A DNA stretch of 64,000 nucleotides, from IMG/VR virus record IMGVR_UViG_3300029305_005547, positions 214,850 to 278,849 of that record; one strand, written 5' to 3'. Of the stretch, positions 30,401 to 39,456 are shown in pieces (position 1 is the first letter of the stretch; each line of letters starts with the position of its first letter). The stretch comes from a virus (taxonomy: Duplodnaviria > Caudoviricetes). The notes beneath the pieces are model-generated. The model was not told the DNA's origin and did not search any database. It saw only the letters and a list, made by a program, of their open reading frames with translations. The position numbers and the translations under genes are program-made.

Positions 30401-31838
30401 TGAACAAGCAACCGGTCTTTATAAAATTACAGTAGATACTACAGGTCATGTTTCTGCAGTTACTGCAGTTACGAAAGATGATATTACTTCTTTAGGTATT
30501 CCTTCTACGAATACAACTTATTCAAACATGACGGCTGCAACATCTTCTGCTGCTGGTAAAGCTGGTTTAGTACCTGCTCCTGCGGCTGGAAAGCAAAGTT
30601 CATTCTTAAGAGGTGATGGTACTTGGGCTGTTCCTACAGATACTAAGTATACACATCCTGCATATACAGCCCAAGCATCCGGTCTTTATAAAATTACCGT
30701 AGATGCTACAGGTCATGTTTCTGCAGTTACTGCAGTTACAAAGGCAGATATTACTGCTTTAGGTATTCCTTCTACGAATACAACTTATTCAGCTGTAACT
30801 GAATCTGCTAATGGTTTAGCTACTTCAGCAATGCTTACGAAATTGAATGCTATTTCTGATAGTGCAGATGCTGTATCATTCACACAGTCATTAACAAGTG
30901 GAACCAAGGTTGGTACCATTAATATTAACGGTGAAGATATTATTCTTTACGCTCCTAAGAATACTGATACACATTTTACATCTCATTTGTATGTAGGTGA
31001 ATCAGGTGGTAATGCTAATGCTACTAGTGCGACAAGTAATCCTTACTTGTTAATGGTAGATAACACTACTCATAGGGATGGTGTACAACTTAAAGCAGGA
31101 TCAAATATGTCTATCAGTGCTGTAAATGGTGTTGTTACTTTCACTGCAACAGATACTAAGTATACACATCCTACGCATACTGCATATACAAGCGGTCTTT
31201 ATAAGGTAACTGTCGACGCAAGTGGACATGTTACATCTGCTACTGCAGTTACGAAAGATGATATTACTGCTTTAGGTATTCCTTCTACGAATACAACTTA
31301 TTCAAACATGACGGCTGCAACATCTTCTGCTGCTGGTAAAGCTGGACTTGTTCCTGCTCCTGCGGCTGGAAAGCAAAGTTCATTCTTAAGAGGTGATGGT
31401 ACTTGGGCTGTTCCTACGAATACAACTTATTCAAACATGACAGCTGCAACTGCAGATGCTGCTGGTAAAGCTGGTTTAGTACCTGCTCCTGCGGCTGGAA
31501 AGCAAAGTTCATTCTTAAGAGGTGATGGTACTTGGGCTGTTCCTACGAATACAACTTATTCAGTATTCGTTAAATCTGGTAGTGGAGCTAAAGCTGGACT
31601 TGTTCCTGCTCCTTCAACAACAGCTGGTACAACGAAATACTTAAGAGAAGATGGAACATGGGTTAAACCGCCTAACACTACTTATAGTGTAGCAACAACA
31701 TCTGCTAACGGTTTAATGTCCTCAGCAATGGTATCTAAAATGGATGGACTTGATAATAATGTCGTTTCTGATACGGCACCTTCAAATCCTTCAACAGGAT
31801 ACACAATGTGGTTCAATGTTTTATCAACTGAGTCATAA
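27435..31838 (+). CDS. Long tail fibre protein (1467 aa)
   Basis: AATPKAV tail-fibre repeats, LPxAS...GGI..GDGL repeats, many DxxGH(V/I)T and AGLVPAP...FLRGDGTW repeats; late promoter at 27386-27397. Confidence 0.85.
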   Translation: MGYQTMSPVLTESDVSILMSQKTTDGQTLYLYPVVRDVDVLLTEESAEYENLGEMLEAGVKPNVASLQAIFQNSDDIEFEFDEETGTVVGTHKNVLAAGSATATSGDVQYGATIEIPTFSFDKNGHITSVGKSIITLPNEYVLPKASTGSLGGIIVGDGLNVDQTGLVSVKEATESEAGAVKLVSLTNSDSTTDAATPKAVSDALAAAIDHINNEISKIDMEGVTPNYADLMNIFTTSEDMKFTMDEMARTIAVTHRNSIASGEVIGTEGSVDAGSVIKIPAFSIDTKGHVTSHRLVSVSLPAAYTLPTASADVKGGIVIGDGLEIDPTTGETSVRKGSTSVEGMVKLSSIAESDSETEAATPKAVKDALTAAKEHANQAVENVKTELNEEGVEAKYSSVAGKLNSSDDIEAEKDDANEVIKFTHKNKIEAGAVASGDTSIINGGSINIPIFTYDSNGHLVTVGTETVTITPLVGENGIKIENEKIGHSNNIAAGTTPKTDTKKLAFGEGFKVPVVTYDANGHITAVSYETMTLPDNIDTTYTGSNGIVLDGTVFKHGNNVTAGSVVPGTTGDLTFGGTVKIPTFKYDANGHITEAGIVEFTLPDNPNVTYEISQTSDSIVLTGSDGKSTSIKKSSVYTHPISGVTAGTYRSVTVDAYGHVTAGSNPTTLAGYGITDAAKKEHTHGNDDITSIDGSKITGTVPISAIPAGALERLVEVASIDAMYALTTDDVQLGDTVQIGEGGPMYKVIDVTNLGNSKGYKVYTAGAASSVPWSGVTGKPDTYTPSAHTHLYAGSATAGGAATNAINDNENQNIAETYIKNITVSGTTVTITRGNGTSFTVKTQDTNTTYSAMTGASSSAAGAAGLVPAPAAGKQASFLRGDGTWATPTDTKYTHPTHTAYTSGLYKVTVDASGHVTSATAVTKDDITALGIPSTNTTYSAMTGASSSAAGAAGLVPAPAAGKQSSFLRGDGTWAVPTDTKYTHPSYTEQATGLYKITVDTTGHVSAVTAVTKDDITSLGIPSTNTTYSNMTAATSSAAGKAGLVPAPAAGKQSSFLRGDGTWAVPTDTKYTHPAYTAQASGLYKITVDATGHVSAVTAVTKADITALGIPSTNTTYSAVTESANGLATSAMLTKLNAISDSADAVSFTQSLTSGTKVGTININGEDIILYAPKNTDTHFTSHLYVGESGGNANATSATSNPYLLMVDNTTHRDGVQLKAGSNMSISAVNGVVTFTATDTKYTHPTHTAYTSGLYKVTVDASGHVTSATAVTKDDITALGIPSTNTTYSNMTAATSSAAGKAGLVPAPAAGKQSSFLRGDGTWAVPTNTTYSNMTAATADAAGKAGLVPAPAAGKQSSFLRGDGTWAVPTNTTYSVFVKSGSGAKAGLVPAPSTTAGTTKYLREDGTWVKPPNTTYSVATTSANGLMSSAMVSKMDGLDNNVVSDTAPSNPSTGYTMWFNVLSTES
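29977..31685 (+). repeat. Near-identical tandem modules in the tail fibre: 3 x 267 bp (A+B), a unique spacer, then B-A-A-A' (A = 129 bp)
   Basis: The ATACAACTTA anchor recurs at 29977, 30244, 30511, 30778 (267-bp period) and at 31291, 31420, 31549 (129-bp period). Confidence 0.9.
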
Positions 31839-31875
31839 CAGCTAGATAAATAAAAAAGAAAGGAAACTATACAAA

Positions 31876-32160
31876 ATGAGTAATACGAACGAAAAAGTAA
31901 CTGACTTCGATGCAAAAGTTCTTGCTGTAGAAGAATCAGCAGAACCTGCACCTATTGAAGAAACAAAAACTACAGAAGCTGTAGCCCCTGAAGCTGTCGT
32001 TGTAGATCATATCATGTTCTCTGAACAAAATATGAATGCTGTAATGGCATATCTTGACATGATTCAGGTTAAGGGCGTTGAAAATATCAACGCATTTTCG
32101 GAAGTTTGCAGAATTCTTACCACTACCGGTACAAGAGTTCCTGTGACAATTACACAATAA
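31876..32160 (+). CDS. Small protein after the tail fibre (possible fibre chaperone)
   Basis: AAAGGA RBS; followed by a terminator. Confidence 0.6.
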   Translation: MSNTNEKVTDFDAKVLAVEESAEPAPIEETKTTEAVAPEAVVVDHIMFSEQNMNAVMAYLDMIQVKGVENINAFSEVCRILTTTGTRVPVTITQ

Positions 32161-32165
32161 AAAAT

Positions 32166-32196
32166 AAGAGGTTGAGATGTAAAATCTCAACCTCTT
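32166..32196. terminator. Bidirectional intrinsic terminator
   Basis: AAGAGGTTGAGAT/ATCTCAACCTCTT inverted repeat between convergent genes. Confidence 0.8.
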
Positions 32197-32200
32197 CTAT

Positions 32201-33316
32201 TTAGTTCCAACGTCCAAATCGTTCATTAAGTTTTCGACGTGGTACGTAATCAACATGCTTTGGTATATCCAAATAAGATGATATATCTGAAACTACAGTA
32301 AATTCATCCGAATTTACATCAATAGGACAGTCTACAGAATTAACTACACTTTTAATTGCATCTAACACTCTATTACTACAATAAGCAATTTCTGATATAT
32401 CTACACTATCTCTATCAGTACTCCTGTCCAATTCTTTAAATAATGCTTTATCAAAAGACCTTTTAAATATACTTAAATCAGTCATTCTGTTTTTACACAT
32501 TGACCAAAGAACTGAAGATAAAGTAAACATGAAGTCACTAGCTTTATTAAAAGTGTCTTCAAATTCTGTTTTACTGAGAGATTTATGATTTTCTAATATA
32601 ACTTTTAGTGAGCTAAAACCTCTGTAGTGTGTAGGACTCATTCTAAGAAAATCATCAAATGCTTCTTTAATTATGAACATGAAACTGTCATTCAGTGCAT
32701 TCAATGTGGATAATAATATCCGTTCAGTTAATGTCGGATTAACCATTAAATCTGTCATATTAGATTTTCTTCCAGCCCGTCCATAAATATTAGTTAAATA
32801 TATTTTTTGGATACGGGTAAGATTATAATTAATATTATGCATCATAGTTTGGTTAAAAACATTAATTGATATAAATGGTATCATACGACCATATTGATCT
32901 TTGGTTCTTTCTAATTTAATAATTTCCTTAGAATTAAAGTGTTCCACAAATTGTTCTCCGACCATTTTAAATATATCACTTAAAATAGATCCACTCATTT
33001 GATCTGAATCATATTTAATAGGAACTTCAAATTTACTTAAAATTCCTATATCCATATCTTCAGGTTTCTCTCCTTCTTTAAAAAGATTCATAGCAGCTTC
33101 GTAATCAGAGAAAATATCATTTTCATGTGAATAAAATGGAATATGCTCTCTTTTAGGTCTTCCATCGCCCTTAACTTTATCATGACGAATAATATTGAAT
33201 CTTTTGCTGACTTTTTCCAAAACGTCATCTATAGGTTCAATTTCATCATCGTCATTTTTCCACATATTCTGGCTTACGTATTTATTTAGTAAGTTATCTA
33301 AATCTACTTTTGACAT
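32201..33316 (-). CDS. Hypothetical protein (371 aa)
   Basis: AAGGAGG RBS; long ORF. Confidence 0.7.
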   Translation of the reverse strand: MSKVDLDNLLNKYVSQNMWKNDDDEIEPIDDVLEKVSKRFNIIRHDKVKGDGRPKREHIPFYSHENDIFSDYEAAMNLFKEGEKPEDMDIGILSKFEVPIKYDSDQMSGSILSDIFKMVGEQFVEHFNSKEIIKLERTKDQYGRMIPFISINVFNQTMMHNINYNLTRIQKIYLTNIYGRAGRKSNMTDLMVNPTLTERILLSTLNALNDSFMFIIKEAFDDFLRMSPTHYRGFSSLKVILENHKSLSKTEFEDTFNKASDFMFTLSSVLWSMCKNRMTDLSIFKRSFDKALFKELDRSTDRDSVDISEIAYCSNRVLDAIKSVVNSVDCPIDVNSDEFTVVSDISSYLDIPKHVDYVPRRKLNERFGRWN

Positions 33317-33372
33317 AGTTTCCTCCTTACAAAATATTAGGAGGAAGTATGACCATACTTCCTCCTAAATTA

Positions 33373-35826
33373 TTACATAATTATCATTGACAATATTACA
33401 TCACCCTTAGGACACTTAAGCATCTTATCTGCTTTAGCAGCTCTTGTCTTAACAGGAATATCAGAAACATTTAAAGTTTCAGTTCCAGATTTCTTCTTAT
33501 AGAACATAAGCTTTTCATTACCAGATACAGATTTAACCGATACTAAATATTCCTGTGAATCAAGATTAATGAGACATAACGGTTCATCTTTCTTATTCAT
33601 AACAGGGAAATACTGTAATTCGGTTTTCTTTACACGTCCGGATGATGTTACATAAACAAGATACTGATCTTCGGGTCTCATAAGATTAGCACCCATTATC
33701 TTTTCAGCACCCTTAAGAGTTACAAGTCGTGAACCTTTACTTCCAGGAAGTTGTAATTGAATATCAGATACTGGATATCTCACACCATCACCATAATCAG
33801 TAAACATGATAATATCACGGTTTTCATTATCAGTACATAATACAACTTCGAGTTCATCACCATCATTAAGCAAAATAGCTTGTGACGAACCAGACTGTAT
33901 GTCTTTACTTTTAAAGAATGAACTTATAGATACTCGTTTAGCAATACCTTTCGCTGTAATCATTATGAAGAAATAATCTTTCAGATTACTTGCATTCTTA
34001 GGTACAACACTGCATGATACTACTCTACTTCCTTTTGAAAGTTTGATATATTTTGATATATCAAGTCCATTGTTTTTCTCTTTAAGAAGTGGTATAGCTG
34101 ATACTTGTAAGAAGTGCTTAACACCTGCACTATCAAACATAATCAATGTATCAGTATCTTCAGCGGGCATAACCATCATCATTGCAGATGAATCTTTAGA
34201 TACAGAACCGATAGGTTTTCCATCCTGTAATATCTTTTTGATATATCCATCTTCAGTAATTCCAATAATACAAGAATTATTTACAGCTATGGCATTTTCA
34301 TCTTCTACAACAACTGATCTACGACCACGACCATATTTCTTTATACCTTCTTCCATCTCTTTAATAATAACTTTATCAACCTTAGTATCACTATCAATGA
34401 TCTTAGAAAGTTCTTTAATTTCTTCTTCAAGTTTTTCACCTTCATCTTTAAATGCCAAACGTGAATCTTGGTTAAATGATGATGTAGGCATACCAGCAAT
34501 AATCTTTGCCTGTAAACTTGTAATATTATATGCTTTCATCAAAGCTTCACGATATTCATCGATATTCTTTGATTTCTTAGCAATTTCCAATGTTTTTTCA
34601 ATATTATCGTTCTTGCATAAGAATACTTTAATCTTGTTAATATGTTGCTTCTCAAGAAGATTCGATAATCTATTATTGAGTGATGCTCTCACCATATCTC
34701 TTCTGTAATCGATCCAGTTAAGAAGAACATCTCTTACTGAATAATCATCAGATACGAAATCATCAATAAGAATAATACTTGATGCATTGGTCTTTTTAAG
34801 AGATACTTTAGATTTATATAACTTAGCAAGAACTTCATCCGGGTTAACAGAAACTTCTTTTGCTTCTTTACCCTTATCTTTTACATTTATTTTATGATAT
34901 AGAACTATTTCAAGATTAAGACCATCCTGATCTGTCGTTCTATCATTTACTTCTTTAATTTCATCAAAACCACCAGCCAATCTCAAATTATTAATTGCGG
35001 TTATAATCATATTGGTATTAACCTGCATAGGAACTGATGTGAATGTAATGACGTTATTAAGGTAATCAATATTCGCATGAGCTCTCATTTTAATTTTGAC
35101 ATCATTTTCAGCCTTTTCAAATATTTCCTTTGCTTCTTTCTTTGTCATAATGAGATCTGCACCTGTAGGAAGATCTGGATAAATAAGAACTTTAGCCTTA
35201 GGATCTTCAATTAATGCAATAACCGCCTCACAAATTTCAGTGAAATTATACGGAGGTATATTACTCGAAAATCCATAACCAATACTCGAAAATCCTCCGT
35301 TGATTATTGCTACAGGATATTTAGCAGGTAATGTTACTGGTTCATAACTTTCTCCAGTATATGCAAGTCTCATATCTACACTTGAATTTTCAAAATCGCT
35401 AAAGTAACAGTCATATGCAAAGTCACTTATAGCTACGTCTAAATAACGAGGAGCCGCAGCAGCCTCACCACGGATAGATCCATTATTTCCCGGTGTGTAA
35501 ATAAGTGGTACATTATTAGTCCAATCCTGGCTCATACCTATACACACATCTGCTATAGAACTATCACCATGTGGGTGAAATTCGACTGCATTAGATGCAG
35601 CTCTAGATAATTTGAGAAGACGACCTTTATATCGTCCTTCTTTATATAAACCATATAAAACTCTTCGTTCAACAGGTTTTAAACCGTCAATCAAAGATGG
35701 GAAGTAACGGTACAAGTTTTTATTTGCACCGTATATCTTCTGCCATTCTTCAGACTTTTCGGCAATATTAACCTGAATTATAGTTTCACCGAATTTACTC
35801 GGATCAATTTTAGTTGGTGTTGCCAT
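33373..35826 (-). CDS. gyrA: Type IIA topoisomerase subunit A (GyrA/ParC-like)
   Basis: DGLKPVERR, HPHGDSS, catalytic AAPRY, IPPYN, and C-terminal beta-pinwheel repeats. Confidence 0.92.
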   Translation of the reverse strand: MATPTKIDPSKFGETIIQVNIAEKSEEWQKIYGANKNLYRYFPSLIDGLKPVERRVLYGLYKEGRYKGRLLKLSRAASNAVEFHPHGDSSIADVCIGMSQDWTNNVPLIYTPGNNGSIRGEAAAAPRYLDVAISDFAYDCYFSDFENSSVDMRLAYTGESYEPVTLPAKYPVAIINGGFSSIGYGFSSNIPPYNFTEICEAVIALIEDPKAKVLIYPDLPTGADLIMTKKEAKEIFEKAENDVKIKMRAHANIDYLNNVITFTSVPMQVNTNMIITAINNLRLAGGFDEIKEVNDRTTDQDGLNLEIVLYHKINVKDKGKEAKEVSVNPDEVLAKLYKSKVSLKKTNASSIILIDDFVSDDYSVRDVLLNWIDYRRDMVRASLNNRLSNLLEKQHINKIKVFLCKNDNIEKTLEIAKKSKNIDEYREALMKAYNITSLQAKIIAGMPTSSFNQDSRLAFKDEGEKLEEEIKELSKIIDSDTKVDKVIIKEMEEGIKKYGRGRRSVVVEDENAIAVNNSCIIGITEDGYIKKILQDGKPIGSVSKDSSAMMMVMPAEDTDTLIMFDSAGVKHFLQVSAIPLLKEKNNGLDISKYIKLSKGSRVVSCSVVPKNASNLKDYFFIMITAKGIAKRVSISSFFKSKDIQSGSSQAILLNDGDELEVVLCTDNENRDIIMFTDYGDGVRYPVSDIQLQLPGSKGSRLVTLKGAEKIMGANLMRPEDQYLVYVTSSGRVKKTELQYFPVMNKKDEPLCLINLDSQEYLVSVKSVSGNEKLMFYKKKSGTETLNVSDIPVKTRAAKADKMLKCPKGDVILSMIIM

Positions 35827-35847
35827 AGTCTTTAGTTTCCTTTCATT

Positions 35848-38322
35848 TTAATTATCAAGGTCATCCTGTTTGATTCGATACTCTTCCATCATTTTCTTTC
35901 GAGCATTTTTATCTTTATTTGAAGTTCCATGAAGTTTATCAAATACCTTCAAATCCTTCTTAAGATCTCCAATTGTTAACTGGATAAGTACTCTACTACT
36001 AGGATCAAGAGTTGTTCCATACAAATCTTCAGGAGACATTTCTCCAAGTCCCTTATAACGGGCATCAATGTTAGGAATATACTTACAGTATTTCGTACTA
36101 AATTGTCCAATGGACATTTGATTATAATCACCGTCTTTTTCTTTAACAAGTAGTGCATAACCATATTTACGATATACATCGAACAAATCAACGATCTTAT
36201 TCATAAATCTATGTCCTAAATTAAGGGATGTATAATGACCCTCTGCAATACCGGACATAGTATTAGTATCTTCATAATACTTAATTTCAGGAAACATCAC
36301 CTGAATAGTTGACATAAAATCTGTAAGTATTTTTTGGTCTTTAAACAGATTAGCAACATCTGTGTCTCTGGAAATGCCAGGGAACTTATAAACCAAATAT
36401 GATGCAATTCTTTCAATTAAGAATGCATTGGATTTAAAATGTGCTGCAATTGAAGTAAGTGTGTCTAAATAATCAACTGTATCAAGAAGATATTCTCTGA
36501 ACTCATCTTTCTTAAGACTATTATTTCCAAAAGCAACTACTTTTACATCATAATTCTTAATAACTTTATCTCTGTAAAGGTCTACGTATTCTTCCTTATT
36601 ATGGATAAATACAGACTTCTTTCCATCACTGATTTTGTAAAGAGGGGGTAAAGCTTTATATAACTTACCTGCTTCAACAATACCAGGAAGCGCTGTGATA
36701 AAGAATGCTGACATCGCAGACGAAATTCCATGGCCATCAATATCTGCATCTGTTAAGATAATAATCTTATCAAAATACAGTTTATTGATATCAAAATTCT
36801 TTCCTATTCCACAACGCAAAATGTTAACCAATGTTCTCCATTCTCTATTACCAGAGTTTGGATCCATTAACTGAACTAATGTCTTCTTATAAGGATTAGC
36901 AGTCATACCTCTAACCGCAAAGAATGCCTGAAAATTAGGATTTCTTCTTCTTGTAGCAGAACCCTTAGCAGAATCACCTTCAACGATAAAAATTTCACGA
37001 TAATCGTTCTTACCGGTGTTAAGACATCTGTCATAATTAGGAATTTGCTGTTCCTTTAAAGGAGTCATTGTTTCTTTAGTTGTAGCAACTCTTGCCTTGG
37101 TTGCTTCAACACGAGCACGTGCGTTTGTTTTAATAATCTTTATTACTGCACGTAATTTCTCAGGATTAGAAGAAAAGAAGTTCTCAATTTCTTCTGTAAA
37201 TCCATTATAAAGAATAGGTCTTAAAGTTTCAGCTTTAATCTTTTCCTTTACATTTCCTTCGAACTGAACATTTGCATTCGTGTTAAGGAATACAACCATT
37301 TTAAGTCCAGTTCTAATATCATTCCAAAGAATATCAAGTTTACCTTTTTCATTCTCTGTCATAGAATCTTTTACTGCTTTCTGAATATAGGTACAGAAAG
37401 CCTTTTCTGCTGCATCCATATGAACACCACCGGAAATAGTATTAGTGAAGTTACAATATGAATCATACATAGGATCAATAGAATCGTCGTATGCTAACAT
37501 AAGTCCGTAATTAGCATTTCTGTGTTTAACTACTGTGTCAACATCCTTGGTTCTATCCGTATTAATAACTTCTTCATCAAACTCTTCACTTCTTTCGAAT
37601 GTAATAGGTTTGAGAATAATATTTTGAGAACAGATATCGTACAAAAGACCGATTGGATCTCTTTTCTCAAATACGATATGTTTGATCTCTTTCATTCCTT
37701 CACGAACTGTAAAATCAAGTCTCATGTTATTTGTGAAGAAATAAGAAATTTTTGCAATCCACTCTTCAATTGTATCACAAGGAAGATGTGTATTCGGGCC
37801 AAGATATTTTCTACTAGGAATCATCTTGGTAATCATCCCGTGTTGTTTACCTTTCTTATCTATAGGCTTAACTTCATCAAGCACTTTCTTTCCTTGTCGG
37901 AAAGAAATAGTATGAGCAGTCTTTTCCTTTTCACGATAAGATGTCATAGTAAACTCATCAGACAATGCGTTGCAACAGGTAATACCAATTCCAAATTCAC
38001 CAGCACTACCTTCTCCATCATCACGCATAAATTTTGATCCAGCCTGTATCTTTGTACAACAAATATCAAGAGGATAATCATCTTCAGGAATACCACGACC
38101 GTCGTCCTCTACTATGATTGAATCCTCTAATTTATCAATTATAACACTTATGTTACTACCCTCTGACTTAGGGTTCTTACATTCATCTGTACTATTCTGG
38201 ACAACTTCTTTTGTAAGATGAAATGCACCTTCAGGTCCATAAGACTTAAGGTATAAGTTTGTTTTCATCTGAATTTTTTCAATGTCATCCTCAATGTACA
38301 TCATTTTAGAATCTTGAGCCAT
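35848..38322 (-). CDS. gyrB: Type IIA topoisomerase subunit B (GyrB/ParE-like)
   Basis: GHKL motifs EVVQNSTDE and DDGRGIP; TOPRIM VEGDSA and TDADIDG; RYKGLGEM. Confidence 0.93.
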   Translation of the reverse strand: MAQDSKMMYIEDDIEKIQMKTNLYLKSYGPEGAFHLTKEVVQNSTDECKNPKSEGSNISVIIDKLEDSIIVEDDGRGIPEDDYPLDICCTKIQAGSKFMRDDGEGSAGEFGIGITCCNALSDEFTMTSYREKEKTAHTISFRQGKKVLDEVKPIDKKGKQHGMITKMIPSRKYLGPNTHLPCDTIEEWIAKISYFFTNNMRLDFTVREGMKEIKHIVFEKRDPIGLLYDICSQNIILKPITFERSEEFDEEVINTDRTKDVDTVVKHRNANYGLMLAYDDSIDPMYDSYCNFTNTISGGVHMDAAEKAFCTYIQKAVKDSMTENEKGKLDILWNDIRTGLKMVVFLNTNANVQFEGNVKEKIKAETLRPILYNGFTEEIENFFSSNPEKLRAVIKIIKTNARARVEATKARVATTKETMTPLKEQQIPNYDRCLNTGKNDYREIFIVEGDSAKGSATRRRNPNFQAFFAVRGMTANPYKKTLVQLMDPNSGNREWRTLVNILRCGIGKNFDINKLYFDKIIILTDADIDGHGISSAMSAFFITALPGIVEAGKLYKALPPLYKISDGKKSVFIHNKEEYVDLYRDKVIKNYDVKVVAFGNNSLKKDEFREYLLDTVDYLDTLTSIAAHFKSNAFLIERIASYLVYKFPGISRDTDVANLFKDQKILTDFMSTIQVMFPEIKYYEDTNTMSGIAEGHYTSLNLGHRFMNKIVDLFDVYRKYGYALLVKEKDGDYNQMSIGQFSTKYCKYIPNIDARYKGLGEMSPEDLYGTTLDPSSRVLIQLTIGDLKKDLKVFDKLHGTSNKDKNARKKMMEEYRIKQDDLDN

Positions 38323-38530
38323 TGTGTACCAATCTCCTTTCTTTTTATTTACTCATAATAATAATACATCATTTCAATCAAAATGTGCAAAATATAAGTG
38401 TTAATTACGTGTTATTCAGTAAATTATTACTTATTCGAGTACTCCCTCAGTAACATTATTTTTATGATATTCTATTATTCAAAAACATTATGGTAATAGA
38501 ACCCTTACTTTTATAAGAGAGGTAATTATT

Positions 38531-38770
38531 ATGGACAATCATAAAGGTTATCCTGTTTCTTCAGGATATAGAGGTTATATCGGTAATGGTGAATATAGAC
38601 TATTCTCTGATGAAGGTGAATATGACGAATATTATGATGAAAATAAAGAATCTATAGATAATGATTCAATTGAAGAATCAGTAGATGTTGTTAAGGATAT
38701 GATAAATGAATCTAAAAAAATGTCTGTAATTACAGACGATGAAGCAACTTATTTATTAGGGGTTTTATAA
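38531..38770 (+). CDS. Small acidic late protein (79 aa)
   Basis: AGAGGT RBS; AACA-N6-TA at 38484-38495; terminator downstream. Confidence 0.65.
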   Translation: MDNHKGYPVSSGYRGYIGNGEYRLFSDEGEYDEYYDENKESIDNDSIEESVDVVKDMINESKKMSVITDDEATYLLGVL

Positions 38771-38904
38771 CAAAAAATGAGATGAATGGTATTATCATTC
38801 ATCTCACATTTAAAGGATCTTAACTGTAGATATGGAAACAAATGGAGAGTGTTGAAACCAACACTCTCCACTATTATTTTCCATTAACCGGAATTTTCAT
38901 TTTA

Positions 38905-39324
38905 TTTCCCATATAAACAGCCATCAGGAAACGAAAGCTGTATGATAGCCAAACCTAAATCGATGGATTTTATAAACAATTAACATCATCACATATAAAA
39001 CTTCACATTTAAGTGGATTTATCCTTCTCGAATTAAATCCTACTAACATGTCACAGCTAAGGTCTTAACATTTGACATTTAACATGTAATCAAATAGCCA
39101 TCACGTATACCTTCAGGGTATGAGCCCGAATTTTGTCTGATGCTATTAGTAGTAATTGAAACCCTCTGTTTCAAAACCACCACTCTTATCATGTTATACA
39201 TGTTAGGATTAACTGTCCTAATGTATATAAACACCAAGCATGTGTTTTATATGGTGATAATAAATACTTTCACGTTTATTATCATTACGTGTCATATATT
39301 ATCGTTATTCGTCTATATAGGAAA
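38905..39324 (-). ncRNA. Structured ncRNA, copy 1 (7-nt repeat array plus tRNA anticodon-arm mimics)
   Basis: Closing stem UUUCCUAUAUAGAC/GUUUAUAUGGGAAA; core homologous to 56900-57273 with compensatory changes; no credible ORF. Confidence 0.75.
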
Positions 39325-39456
39325 GAGTAGGAGATGAAGTTTTGAGGCTCCACCTCCCTGTTTCATTTAATTCTTTTCCTCTATCAGTTGTTCGTTAAGA
39401 AGGAGATATTCGTTTGTTCATTTTCAAACGACAATACCATCTCAGGTATTACGAAA

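Noticed and set aside
27435-31838. Diversity-generating retroelement acting on the tail fibre
   Set aside because: The repeats are in-frame coding modules without adenine-specific variation, and no reverse transcriptase is present in the window.
38976-39088. CRISPR array or type III toxin-antitoxin repeat array
   Set aside because: Units are only 7 nt with no 25-40 nt repeats or spacers, and no cas or ToxN-like gene is recognisable.
39229-39247. Ser(GCU)-like hairpin AAACAC-AUGCUUG-GUGUUU
   Set aside because: The 7-nt loop has A32 and a pyrimidine at 37, so it does not fit anticodon-loop consensus.
39140-39337. Small ORFs over the ncRNA loci (also 56626..56811 and 56695..56880)
   Set aside because: No RBS; not conserved between the two paralogous elements, whereas base pairing is.
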